From the NCBI GenBank assembly GCA_902803695.1, contig CADCQX010000417.1, forward strand, positions 1 to 40,931: a DNA stretch of 40,931 nt, read 5' to 3'. Below the pieces are notes generated by a model. That model was not told the DNA's origin. It did no database searches and saw only the letters and a list, made by a program, of their open reading frames with translations. The translations under genes and the position numbers were made by a program. Origin of the DNA: Oscillospiraceae bacterium. GTDB lineage: Bacteria; Bacillota; Clostridia; Saccharofermentanales; Saccharofermentanaceae. This document shows positions 19,056 to 27,462 of the stretch, one piece after another. The first letter of the stretch is position 1; the number at the start of each line of letters is the position of its first letter.

Positions 19056-19430
19056 ATGGACGCGAGAAAAGTTTTAAACGACAGATACGAAGCGTCCAAG
19101 AAAGACCTTCCTGATATCAAGATCGAACCTTTCGATTCCGTTCCGGTATCATTCCAGAATGAGGGAACGACAGGCTCATTGAAGCACTGTGTAAATCACA
19201 TCAGAAAGAACCGCGGCATCTCCTATAACTGCCTTGATAAGAAGGGCAGGATAGTTAGAAAGTTCCTGGCTTTCTGGATCGATCCGATGGTAGGTCAGCA
19301 GAATAATATCGACGACAAGTTCACGGTTGCTTTGCTGGAACTTTTCAAGCTCTACAAAGAACGTGAAGCACTTTATAACAGGATCAATGCTCTTGAAGCA
19401 AAGATCTGTAAACTGGAGTCCGAAGTATGA
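19056..19430 (+). CDS. Small coiled-coil protein, same family as 18653-19054
   Basis: 'RIVRKFLAFWIDPMVGQQN' followed by heptads 'LYNRINALEAKICKLE'; tightly packed in the operon. Confidence 0.72.
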   Translation: MDARKVLNDRYEASKKDLPDIKIEPFDSVPVSFQNEGTTGSLKHCVNHIRKNRGISYNCLDKKGRIVRKFLAFWIDPMVGQQNNIDDKFTVALLELFKLYKEREALYNRINALEAKICKLESEV

Positions 19431-20509
19431 AGATATATCAGGTACTGACAACTTTATCCTTCGGTGATGCAGTAAGTAACGATTCACTCGCCATCATGGA
19501 TCTTCTCAACAAGAACGGCTATAAGATGAATACTTATGCCGAGCATATCGACACACGTCTTGCAAATATCAACGGAGTTAAGGAGATCAATGCTCTTCCG
19601 AAGCTGAATGATGACGACATCATGATCTATCATCTGTCCACAGGTACCGATCTTAACAGGAAGATCAAGTCCATGGGCGGAAGAAAACTTCTTATCTATC
19701 ACAACATCACTCCGCCAAAGTTCTTCGCGAAGTACTCCGGCCTTTCCGCCAGACTCTGCTCTAAGGGAAGAGGCGAAGTCCAGAGCTTAAGCGATACTTT
19801 CGAAGGAGTATTGTGCGTATCCGACTACAACAGAAAAGATCTTCAGGAATTGGGCTACACCTGCCCGATGGCAATAAGACCTATCCTTATCCCGTTCGAA
19901 GATTATAAGAAGACTCCTGATCAGGAGATCATCAACAAGTATAACGACGGTATCAAGAATGTCGTCTTCGTAAGCCGTATCGCACCTAACAAGAAGCAGG
20001 AAGATCTGCTTTCCATGATGAGTGCATACAAGAAGATGTACGACGATAAGATCAGACTCTTCATAGTAGGTAATCCGAAGGGTCTCGAAAACTACGACAA
20101 GCGTCTTAAGGATTATGCAAAACTTCTGGAACTCGACAACGTGATCTTCACGGGTCAGGTATCATTTGCATCTATCCTCGCTTACTATAAGATCGCTGAT
20201 GCTTTTGTATGTATGAGCGAGCATGAAGGATTCGGCGTTCCGCTGATCGAAGCAATGTACTTCGGAGATCCTATCCTGGCGGCCGCTAACGCGGCAGTCC
20301 CTGATACACTCGGAGGCAGCGGTATCCTTACGACCAACGACGATCCGAAGAAGTCCGCATTCCTTCTTCATGAACTCCTTTTCGATGAGGAGCTCCGTGC
20401 TTCCGTCATAGAAGGACAGAACAAGCGCCTGGAAGATTTCTCCTATGAGAAAGTATCCGCTTTGTTCCTGGAAGAACTTGAGAGATTTATCAGAGGTGAA
20501 GCAGTATGA
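19427..20509 (+). CDS. Glycosyltransferase, GT4 family
   Basis: 'GDAVSND', 'YHNITPP', 'SRIAPNKKQEDL' and 'SEHEGFGVPLIEAM'. Confidence 0.9.
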   Translation: MKIYQVLTTLSFGDAVSNDSLAIMDLLNKNGYKMNTYAEHIDTRLANINGVKEINALPKLNDDDIMIYHLSTGTDLNRKIKSMGGRKLLIYHNITPPKFFAKYSGLSARLCSKGRGEVQSLSDTFEGVLCVSDYNRKDLQELGYTCPMAIRPILIPFEDYKKTPDQEIINKYNDGIKNVVFVSRIAPNKKQEDLLSMMSAYKKMYDDKIRLFIVGNPKGLENYDKRLKDYAKLLELDNVIFTGQVSFASILAYYKIADAFVCMSEHEGFGVPLIEAMYFGDPILAAANAAVPDTLGGSGILTTNDDPKKSAFLLHELLFDEELRASVIEGQNKRLEDFSYEKVSALFLEELERFIRGEAV

Positions 20510-21696
20510 AGATCTGTTTTGTAGTGCAAAGATACGGCGATGAAGTTAACGGCGGTGCGGAAGTACACGCCAAGCAGCTTGCCGAGCACGTAAACGATCT
20601 CACCGAGCATGAGGTCGAGGTTGCTACCACCAAAGCGATCGACTACGTCACCTGGAAAAACGAATACGAGAAAGACGAAGAGATCATAAACGGTATCAAG
20701 GTCCATCGTTTTCCTGTAGCAAACGAGAGAAATACCGAAATATTCAACAAGTACTCTTCAAAGATTGCAGCAGGCGAGCACACCATTGAAGAGTACGAAG
20801 AGTGGATGCGCCTTCAGGGTCCTGAGACTCCTGCACTCATCGAATGGCTCAGAAACAACAGAGATAACTACGATTGCTTCGTCTTCATGACATATCTTTA
20901 CTACACCACATATTTCGGTCTTAAGGAGATCGGCAAGAAAGCAGTTCTCATTCCGACTGCTCATGACGAGTGGACCGTGCATCTTCCTTTGTTTGAGAAG
21001 ATGTTTACTCTTCCGGGTGCTTTCTTCTACAACACCACTGAAGAAAAGGAACTGGTCAACACGTACTTTTCAACAGGAAACATCCTGGATAACAAAGGTA
21101 TTGGCGGAGTTGGTGTTGAAGTTCCTTCAAATGTCGATGGCGAAGCCTTCCGTAAGAAGTTCAATATCGAAGGCGACTTTATGGTTTATATCGGCCGTAT
21201 TGACGAGAACAAGAATTGTCCTGAGCTTTTCAAGTACTTCAGGGAATACAAGAACCGTCATCCGGAATCAGACCTGAAACTTGCCCTGGCAGGCAAAGAG
21301 ATCGTTAAGATCCCTGACGCACCTGACATCATCAAGCTCGGATTTGTATCTGAAGAAGATAAGTTCAATTCCATAGCAGCATCAAGATTCCTGATCCTGC
21401 CTTCACAGTTTGAGAGTCTCTCGATCGTTGTTCTCGAAGCAATGAAGCTCAGCCGTCCGGTCCTCGTTAACGGCAGATGCGATGTTCTCGAAGCTCACTG
21501 TCTTAAAAGCAACGCAGGTCTTTACTATACCGACTATTTGGAATTCGAAGGATGTATCGATTATCTTTTGGGCCACAAAGCCGAGTGTGAGATCATGGGT
21601 CAAAACGGCATCGAATACGTTAATAACAACTACACTTGGGAAGGCATCGTTCAAAGACTTGATGTCATCATGCGTGACGTTGCTCTCAAAGCCTAA
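20506..21696 (+). CDS. Glycosyltransferase, GT4 family
   Basis: 'VQRYG.EVNGGAE', 'PTAHDE', 'YIGRIDENKN' and 'ESLSIVVLEAM'. Confidence 0.9.
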   Translation: MKICFVVQRYGDEVNGGAEVHAKQLAEHVNDLTEHEVEVATTKAIDYVTWKNEYEKDEEIINGIKVHRFPVANERNTEIFNKYSSKIAAGEHTIEEYEEWMRLQGPETPALIEWLRNNRDNYDCFVFMTYLYYTTYFGLKEIGKKAVLIPTAHDEWTVHLPLFEKMFTLPGAFFYNTTEEKELVNTYFSTGNILDNKGIGGVGVEVPSNVDGEAFRKKFNIEGDFMVYIGRIDENKNCPELFKYFREYKNRHPESDLKLALAGKEIVKIPDAPDIIKLGFVSEEDKFNSIAASRFLILPSQFESLSIVVLEAMKLSRPVLVNGRCDVLEAHCLKSNAGLYYTDYLEFEGCIDYLLGHKAECEIMGQNGIEYVNNNYTWEGIVQRLDVIMRDVALKA

Positions 21697-21704
21697 GGCT
21701 TTTC

Positions 21705-21824
21705 TGCGAAAAAAACAGCATTTTTCTGCGATTACTTTGCAGGCAATAAGGATGTTTTTCGCATACGCGAAAATCTCCTTGATTTTTTGCGAATAATACG
21801 CAGAAATCTATCTATTTATTCGCA
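21705..21824. repeat. Array of four degenerate 26-bp units in alternating orientation (two 61-bp-period palindromic dyads)
   Basis: Units at 21705-21730, 21738-21763, 21766-21791 and 21799-21824; consensus approx. YGCGAAAA-N9/10-TTTYTGCR. Confidence 0.7.
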
Positions 21825-21907
21825 GTAGCCGTATTCTTAGTTCGCTTTGTCGGTTTTTAGTATTAATTGTCGATACTATAAATTCTAATTGGTGATAACC
21901 TAAAGGC

Positions 21908-22648
21908 ATGAATAGTAAATCGGTCATGTCAATAAGAATATCAAATCTCAAATGGTCTAGAAAAACTAAGCCACAGGTTTATGTCAGGAATGAAACTGTC
22001 GATGTTGTCATTAAGGCTAACGGCGGCGTTTCCCGAAGGCATTTCTCCATTCATTCCGCAAACGGAAAGAAGGCTTTATCTATACTCGAACAGAATAATA
22101 TGATAGACAGGCAGATTGATGCTATGAGTCGCTACTGGACGGAGAACTATTCAGGTCTTGTTCCTAGTGCCTTCAAGAATCCAATTGTAAAAAAGAGCCT
22201 GGTTGGCATGGATAATGATTTCTTCAAATCTACTAGGCAGGAATGCAACCAGTTGGAAACCAAAACATCATATGTGTATTTGGGCATTCACTTCAGATCA
22301 AAGAACGAACTTATTATTGCAGAACTATTAACCGAAATGGGTCTGAAGTTTAAATATGAGCCAAGATTGGTGTTGCCTGATGGAACCGAAGTATATCCGG
22401 ATTTTCTGATCAACATTGAAGAGGCAGACCGTTGCTTTATATTGGAAATGCAAGGAATGATGAATGACATGAATTATGCTGTCAGGGCAGCACAGAAAGA
22501 AAGTCATTACATTTCAAGTGGCTTTCGTGATGGCAAGGATATTCTTTTTTTTAAGGCCGGAAATGGTAGCATAGACTTTGATGTTTTGAGAACCTTGATC
22601 GAAGCAGTTGTTGAAGCCAATATCAAGGAAGCATTCGGTCTTTCTTGA
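21908..22648 (+). CDS. Hypothetical protein with C-terminal PD-(D/E)XK / Vsr-DUF559-like endonuclease fold
   Basis: 'FRSKNE.IIAELL...GLKFKYE.......YPDF.I......ILEMQGM'; basic N-terminus; visibly more AT-rich than the flanking genes. Confidence 0.65.
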   Translation: MNSKSVMSIRISNLKWSRKTKPQVYVRNETVDVVIKANGGVSRRHFSIHSANGKKALSILEQNNMIDRQIDAMSRYWTENYSGLVPSAFKNPIVKKSLVGMDNDFFKSTRQECNQLETKTSYVYLGIHFRSKNELIIAELLTEMGLKFKYEPRLVLPDGTEVYPDFLINIEEADRCFILEMQGMMNDMNYAVRAAQKESHYISSGFRDGKDILFFKAGNGSIDFDVLRTLIEAVVEANIKEAFGLS

Positions 22649-23462
22649 CCATCGGCAGCACATACTCGCGCATTGCCTTTGCAAATCCGTCCTCATCACA
22701 GTTTGACGTAACATAATCACAGCAGGCCTTAATGTCCTCGCGGCTGTTGCCCATGGCGATCGAATGTGCCGCCATCTGAAGCATCGGCAGGTCGTTTTCG
22801 TTATCACCGATGGCAAATGTATTCTCGCGCGGTATGCCTAGGCGGTCTGCCAGCATCATAAGTCCGTTACCCTTGGTGGAACCCACTTTCATAACATCCA
22901 GGAAATTACCGGTGGAAGCGGCGGTCTCCAGATCGGGCCTGCTCCTTAGAAGCTTAGTAGTCTCTTCGTCGGCTCCTACGACCAGTATCTTGTTGAATAT
23001 AGGGAAATCCGCTTTATCCAAAGTCCCGTAATCAAAATCATAGAGTTTGGCTTTTTCTTCTTCCGGGACATCCTTATTGTAGTTCTCGAAAAAGGCCCTT
23101 CGACCGCTATCCGGAGCAAAATAAACACCGCTTGGGGAGTAACCTGCAAAATCCACTTTTCTATCCAGGAGGATCTTAAACAATTCCTTTAAGACTTTTT
23201 CATCCATATTGTTTGAATATACTTCGCTATGGGAAAACGGATCATAAAGAGCAGCGCCGTTACTTGTTATCAGAGGCACATCGATATCAAGTTCACGGAC
23301 ATATTTGCCTACGAGGTAAAAAGTCCTTCCTGTCGCCAGGGTGAAGGCTACGCCTGCTTCCCTTAATTCACGGATCGCTTTTCTGTTCTCCTCTGAAACT
23401 TCCGTTCCTGTTACGAGAAGAGTGTAGTCCATGTCAGAAGCGACAAGATAACGGTAATTCAT
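22623..23462 (-). CDS. Cof-type HAD-IIB hydrolase (sugar phosphatase)
   Basis: 'ASDMDYTLL', 'LATGR', 'ITSNGA', 'TKGNGL' and 'AIGDNENDLPML...AMGNS'; GAGG precedes ATG 23462. Confidence 0.9.
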   Translation of the reverse strand: MNYRYLVASDMDYTLLVTGTEVSEENRKAIRELREAGVAFTLATGRTFYLVGKYVRELDIDVPLITSNGAALYDPFSHSEVYSNNMDEKVLKELFKILLDRKVDFAGYSPSGVYFAPDSGRRAFFENYNKDVPEEEKAKLYDFDYGTLDKADFPIFNKILVVGADEETTKLLRSRPDLETAASTGNFLDVMKVGSTKGNGLMMLADRLGIPRENTFAIGDNENDLPMLQMAAHSIAMGNSREDIKACCDYVTSNCDEDGFAKAMREYVLPMVKKDRMLP

Positions 23463-23557
23463 AAACACCTCATTTGTTGAACTTTTATTCCTTCAATAGG
23501 GTATAATAACAAACAAGCGCTTTGCAATAGCGTGAACTACATTTAATGAGGCGACAA

Positions 23558-24640
23558 ATGAAAAGAACAGCAGTCATAATGGCAGGCGGTGGCGGAACAA
23601 GATTCTGGCCTGTATCAAGAATGTCAACACCTAAGCAGCTTGTAAAGCTTACAGGCTCAGACGTAATGATCAATGAGACCATCAAGCACTACGAGAAGTC
23701 CATCGGAAGAGAGAACACCTTCATCGTAACCAACGAGAAGCAGGCTGAACTCATGGATAAGGTATTATTCCCTGAGGTAGACAGATCTCATATCCTCATC
23801 GAACCTGTTCAGCGTAATACGGCTCCTTGCATCATCTATGCGGCAATGACATTGAAAAAGCTCTATGGAGATGCTCTTATGGCAGTTCTTCCGGCTGATC
23901 ACCATATCGCAGATATCAAGGAATACGAGAGAGTCCTCGATCTGGCATTCGACACTGCAGAGAAGACAAACCGTATCGTAACTATCGGTATCTGGCCTAC
24001 ATTCCCGTCAACGGGATACGGATATATCCGTTTTTCCACTAATCCGGTCGAGCCGGGAAGTGAAGTTTATCACCTTCGCCGTTTTGTCGAGAAGCCTCGC
24101 GAATCCGTAGCTAAGGAGTATATCAGTTCCGGTAAGTACCTCTGGAACTCCGGAATGTTTATCTGGAAGGCATCTGTAATCCTTGATGCATTTAAGGCTT
24201 ACCTTCCTGATACATATGAGAAGATGGAGGCCATCTTCGATACCTTAAGAACTCCTTCAGAGAAGGAAGCCATCGAGAAGGTATACCCTGAACTCGAGAA
24301 GATCTCCATCGACTACGGTATCATGGAGAAAGCATCTGAAGTTTACTGTATTCCTGCAGAGTTCGGTTGGAATGATGTCGGCGCTTGGGATACACTTGAC
24401 GCCGTTCTTCCTAAGGATGACAGCGATAACGTTGTGGTAGGCTCATTTGAGGGTATCGATACCGAGAATTCGGTTATATTTAATAAGTCTAATGATAAGA
24501 TCATTACTACTATCGGTGTAAAGGACCTTGTTATCGTACAGACTGAGGATTCCATCCTGGTATGTTCCAAGGAACAGGCCCAGGACGTTAAGCTGATGGT
24601 CGACCGCCTTAAAGAAAAGGGCAGAGAAGACCTGTTATAA
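23558..24640 (+). CDS. manC: Mannose-1-phosphate guanylyltransferase
   Basis: Motifs 'VIMAGGGGTRFWPVSR..PKQL', 'EPVQRNTAP', 'PADHHI', 'TGYGYI', 'FVEKP', 'WNSGMF', 'SIDYGIME' and 'WNDVGAW'; no cupin PMI domain. Confidence 0.95.
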   Translation: MKRTAVIMAGGGGTRFWPVSRMSTPKQLVKLTGSDVMINETIKHYEKSIGRENTFIVTNEKQAELMDKVLFPEVDRSHILIEPVQRNTAPCIIYAAMTLKKLYGDALMAVLPADHHIADIKEYERVLDLAFDTAEKTNRIVTIGIWPTFPSTGYGYIRFSTNPVEPGSEVYHLRRFVEKPRESVAKEYISSGKYLWNSGMFIWKASVILDAFKAYLPDTYEKMEAIFDTLRTPSEKEAIEKVYPELEKISIDYGIMEKASEVYCIPAEFGWNDVGAWDTLDAVLPKDDSDNVVVGSFEGIDTENSVIFNKSNDKIITTIGVKDLVIVQTEDSILVCSKEQAQDVKLMVDRLKEKGREDLL

Positions 24641-24655
24641 GATAAAGAAAAGCAT

Positions 24656-24684
24656 AAAAACCGCCTTTCGCGAGGCGGTTTTTT
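24656..24684 (+). terminator. Intrinsic (potentially bidirectional) terminator
   Basis: AAAAACCGCCT-ttcgcg-AGGCGGTTTTTT. Confidence 0.9.
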
Positions 24685-24690
24685 AATGTG

Positions 24691-24846
24691 ATTACAAAAA
24701 TGTAATGTATAAGTGCTCTTTTGTAAGCAAACCCAATGGAAAGGGACTTCGCAATAGTCCATAATCTCACTTGTAAAAGACATAAGGAAATCTGAACCAT
24801 GTCTTTAATCTATCTTTAACAATTCTTAATAGGTGATCCATATAAT
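24691..24846 (+). promoter_or_regulatory. Regulated promoter: ATTACA-N4-TGTAAT palindrome, four TCT(T/G)WA repeats at 11-bp period, and TATAAT -10
   Basis: Palindrome at 24691-24706; repeats start at 24791, 24802, 24813 and 24824; TATAAT at 24841-24846 with no consensus -35. Confidence 0.55.
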
Positions 24847-24946
24847 TAACGTGGAGTTAGGGCAAAGGCTGATGCCGCACCTGCTCAAAGGTGCGGCGGA
24901 ACCCCCCACACAAAAGAAATTATATGATCAAGGAGAAAACTAAAAA

Positions 24947-27325
24947 ATGGTTAACTACAGAAAAGTATCAGCTTGCGCACTCGCAGCAACAATGGTCCTC
25001 GGAATGGGAACGATGATGACTGCCTGCACAAACAAAAGCGGAAAGGCGGAAGTTATTTCTGCAAGCGATACATGGTACAACACAACAAGAATTGTTTTGA
25101 AAGACAGCTACGACCCGGCAGATTATGAGCTCATCCAGCACGACCAACCGATGGTCTGCGGAGACAAGTACGTAGTTCTTTACGCAGGACTTAAGAAGAT
25201 GCCTGCAGGAGCATTCACAGATCCGAACTTTGATTACAACTCATACCTGGTAAGCGACCTTGTGGAATTTGATAAAGACGGAAATGAGATCCGAACACTT
25301 CATTTGAATGACATGATTGTTAAATCAGCAGATTATGTAGCTCAGGTAACATCAGTTGTTCCTTCCGAAAAAGGTGTAGGAATCTACTATATCAATCAGA
25401 AGACAAAGGCTCTTACCCTGGACGTTGAAAATTCATATGCAGAGATCGACCTTGAGACAGGCGAATTAGTCGGCGAACCACAGTTGCTTGAACTCGGAAA
25501 GCAGGCTTATGTTGCTAAGGTCGTTAATGCTGAAGGATATGACTGCCTCGAAGTAAGCGATGAAAACTTTCAGATCGTTTTCTATAAGGACGGCAAGCAG
25601 GTAAGCAAGACTGATTTCGATAAGGATATCGGTAAAGATAAAGTCGGATATATCGACAGCATGTATGGTAACGGCGCAGGAAAGCTTCTCGTTCAGGCAT
25701 ACTCCGACGGAGATACGATCACTCTTGAAGTAGATCCTCAGTCAGGTAAGGCTCAGCAGATTGAGACAGATGCAGATATCCTTAAGAAGCATTACACATA
25801 TTTCGAAGGAAATGAGTACTGCCTCACTTCAGACGGTATCAAGAAACTGAATGCTTCAGGCGAAGAGGAAGATTTCATCATGTTTGATGACTGCAATATC
25901 AACAGAAACGAGTCAAACGGAGGAAATATCCTTGCTGCTACTGAGAATGGCGCAGTATTGGCATGCACAGGTTTCCAGTCAGACAACTATTTTGAGCAGG
26001 CTCCTACGGTAATCTATACTTTCGAAAAGGCTGACTCAAATCCTAACGAAGGTAAGAAGGTCCTCAAGGTAGCTAATCTCAATACAACATTCAGCTATAA
26101 CGAGGCAGAAGGTCTCAGAGTTTTCAATGAGACAAATAAGGATTGCTTTGCAAAAGTAGTTACATATGATGTTGATGACTACAAGGATTCAAAGACAAAA
26201 GGAAACAGTGAGAACGACAGCATCGAGGAAGGCAAGGGCAAGGCACAGCTTGCTAATGCTCTCGCAGTTGAGCTCATGTCAGGTGACGGTCCTGATGTTA
26301 TCCTTGGCGCAGCAGATTATGCCGAACTCTTTAACGAGGATTATCTTGTAGATCTTACAACATATATCGGCGGCGACAACGGACTTGATACATCCAAGTA
26401 CTTTACAAATATCATCGATGCTTCCAAGGAAGACGGCAAGCTCTTCTATATGCCAAATGCATTCGTATTCTCAGGCATCGTATGCGACAAGACAACGATC
26501 CCTTCCGGTGCAGTAGGATTTACACTGGATCAGTATAAGACATTCGTATCCGATACATGTAACGGTGAAGATCCGTATACACTTGACAGCACAAGACTTG
26601 AATTCTTCGAAGAGTGCCTCTCAAACTGCCATGAGGCAATGATCAAGGACGGAAAGGCCAACTTTGATCAGCAGGAATTCAGAGATCTTGCAAACTTCTT
26701 CAAGGACAGCATCCCTGAGCATGTTGATAACGGCGATGAGGATCTCGTGTACGGTATGCCGGAGGATGGTAAGAATGCTTACGTTGCTACTATCGGAAGC
26801 CTCCCGGCACTTGCAATGTATTCACGCTTCGGAGCAAACACAACGGTTGTAGGTCTTCCTTCTTCTGACGGAAAAGGACCTTCAGTATATATCTCGGATT
26901 CCGTTTCGATCTCAGCTAAGTCAGAGAACAAGGACGGAGCATGGGAATTCGTTAAGACAATGAGTAGTGATGAAGTACTTCAGTATGCAGATGCAAATCC
27001 TTTGAACAAGGAAGCACTTGATGCTAAGCTTAAGGAAGCTGAAAAGTTCAACACGGATTACTACAATCTCATCACAGAAGCTTCCGATACACCTATCTCT
27101 GATGAAGAGCTGCCTATGTACGGACTTTATAATCCGGACAGCGGATTGCCGGAATCTTACAAGGCTTCTATCGAGAGTGTAAGCTCTATCACTACATGTG
27201 ATAACGAGATCATGAGTATCGTTATTGAAGAGATCCAGCCGTTCTTTGAAGGACAGAAAGATCTTGACTCTGTTATCGAGATTATCAACAACAGAGCTCA
27301 GACTGTACTTGACGAGAGGAAATAA
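24947..27325 (+). CDS. Large lipoprotein: ~340-aa N-terminal beta-rich region plus family-1 extracellular solute-binding domain
   Basis: Lipobox 'MMTAC'; SBP motifs 'ELMSGDGPDVI', 'LVDLTTYI', 'DGKLFYMP', 'ISAKSENKDGAWEFVK' and 'EEIQPFFEGQK'. Confidence 0.85.
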   Translation: MVNYRKVSACALAATMVLGMGTMMTACTNKSGKAEVISASDTWYNTTRIVLKDSYDPADYELIQHDQPMVCGDKYVVLYAGLKKMPAGAFTDPNFDYNSYLVSDLVEFDKDGNEIRTLHLNDMIVKSADYVAQVTSVVPSEKGVGIYYINQKTKALTLDVENSYAEIDLETGELVGEPQLLELGKQAYVAKVVNAEGYDCLEVSDENFQIVFYKDGKQVSKTDFDKDIGKDKVGYIDSMYGNGAGKLLVQAYSDGDTITLEVDPQSGKAQQIETDADILKKHYTYFEGNEYCLTSDGIKKLNASGEEEDFIMFDDCNINRNESNGGNILAATENGAVLACTGFQSDNYFEQAPTVIYTFEKADSNPNEGKKVLKVANLNTTFSYNEAEGLRVFNETNKDCFAKVVTYDVDDYKDSKTKGNSENDSIEEGKGKAQLANALAVELMSGDGPDVILGAADYAELFNEDYLVDLTTYIGGDNGLDTSKYFTNIIDASKEDGKLFYMPNAFVFSGIVCDKTTIPSGAVGFTLDQYKTFVSDTCNGEDPYTLDSTRLEFFEECLSNCHEAMIKDGKANFDQQEFRDLANFFKDSIPEHVDNGDEDLVYGMPEDGKNAYVATIGSLPALAMYSRFGANTTVVGLPSSDGKGPSVYISDSVSISAKSENKDGAWEFVKTMSSDEVLQYADANPLNKEALDAKLKEAEKFNTDYYNLITEASDTPISDEELPMYGLYNPDSGLPESYKASIESVSSITTCDNEIMSIVIEEIQPFFEGQKDLDSVIEIINNRAQTVLDERK

Positions 27326-27348
27326 GTATGAAACAGTAGGTTAAACAA

Positions 27349-27462
27349 GGGAACAAAACGCGGATTTGATTCGTCATATAGTTGTTCCCAAAGAGAACGA
27401 AAAACTTTATGTCCCAACAACACCTCCCGGGATTTACTTCCCGGGGGGTAAATCTCGGGGTG
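27349..27462 (+). other. Two intercistronic stem-loops after the SBP gene (mRNA stabiliser/processing elements)
   Basis: GGGAACAA(27349-56)/TTGTTCCC(27382-89) and a ~42-nt hairpin at 27421-27462 without a U-tract. Confidence 0.7.

Noticed and set aside
21482-21796. 104-aa ORF over the GT end and repeat array; also ORFs 35414-35674 and 35422-35643
   Set aside because: They overlap a real gene or regulatory DNA, lack an RBS and have atypical composition.
21705-21824. CRISPR array
   Set aside because: Units are degenerate, alternate in orientation and are separated by only 2-7 bp; no cas genes.
24724-24765. c-di-GMP-I riboswitch (GCAAACCC..GAAAGGGAC..CGCAA)
   Set aside because: Only a superficial match. 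The GAAA-capped P2 stem and P3 cannot be built, and it lies upstream of the predicted promoter.
24851-24880. Fluoride riboswitch (TGGAGTT...GCTGATG)
   Set aside because: Lacks the GGyGATGGnGTTCrCC stem and the GACTCC pseudoknot partner; gene context does not fit.
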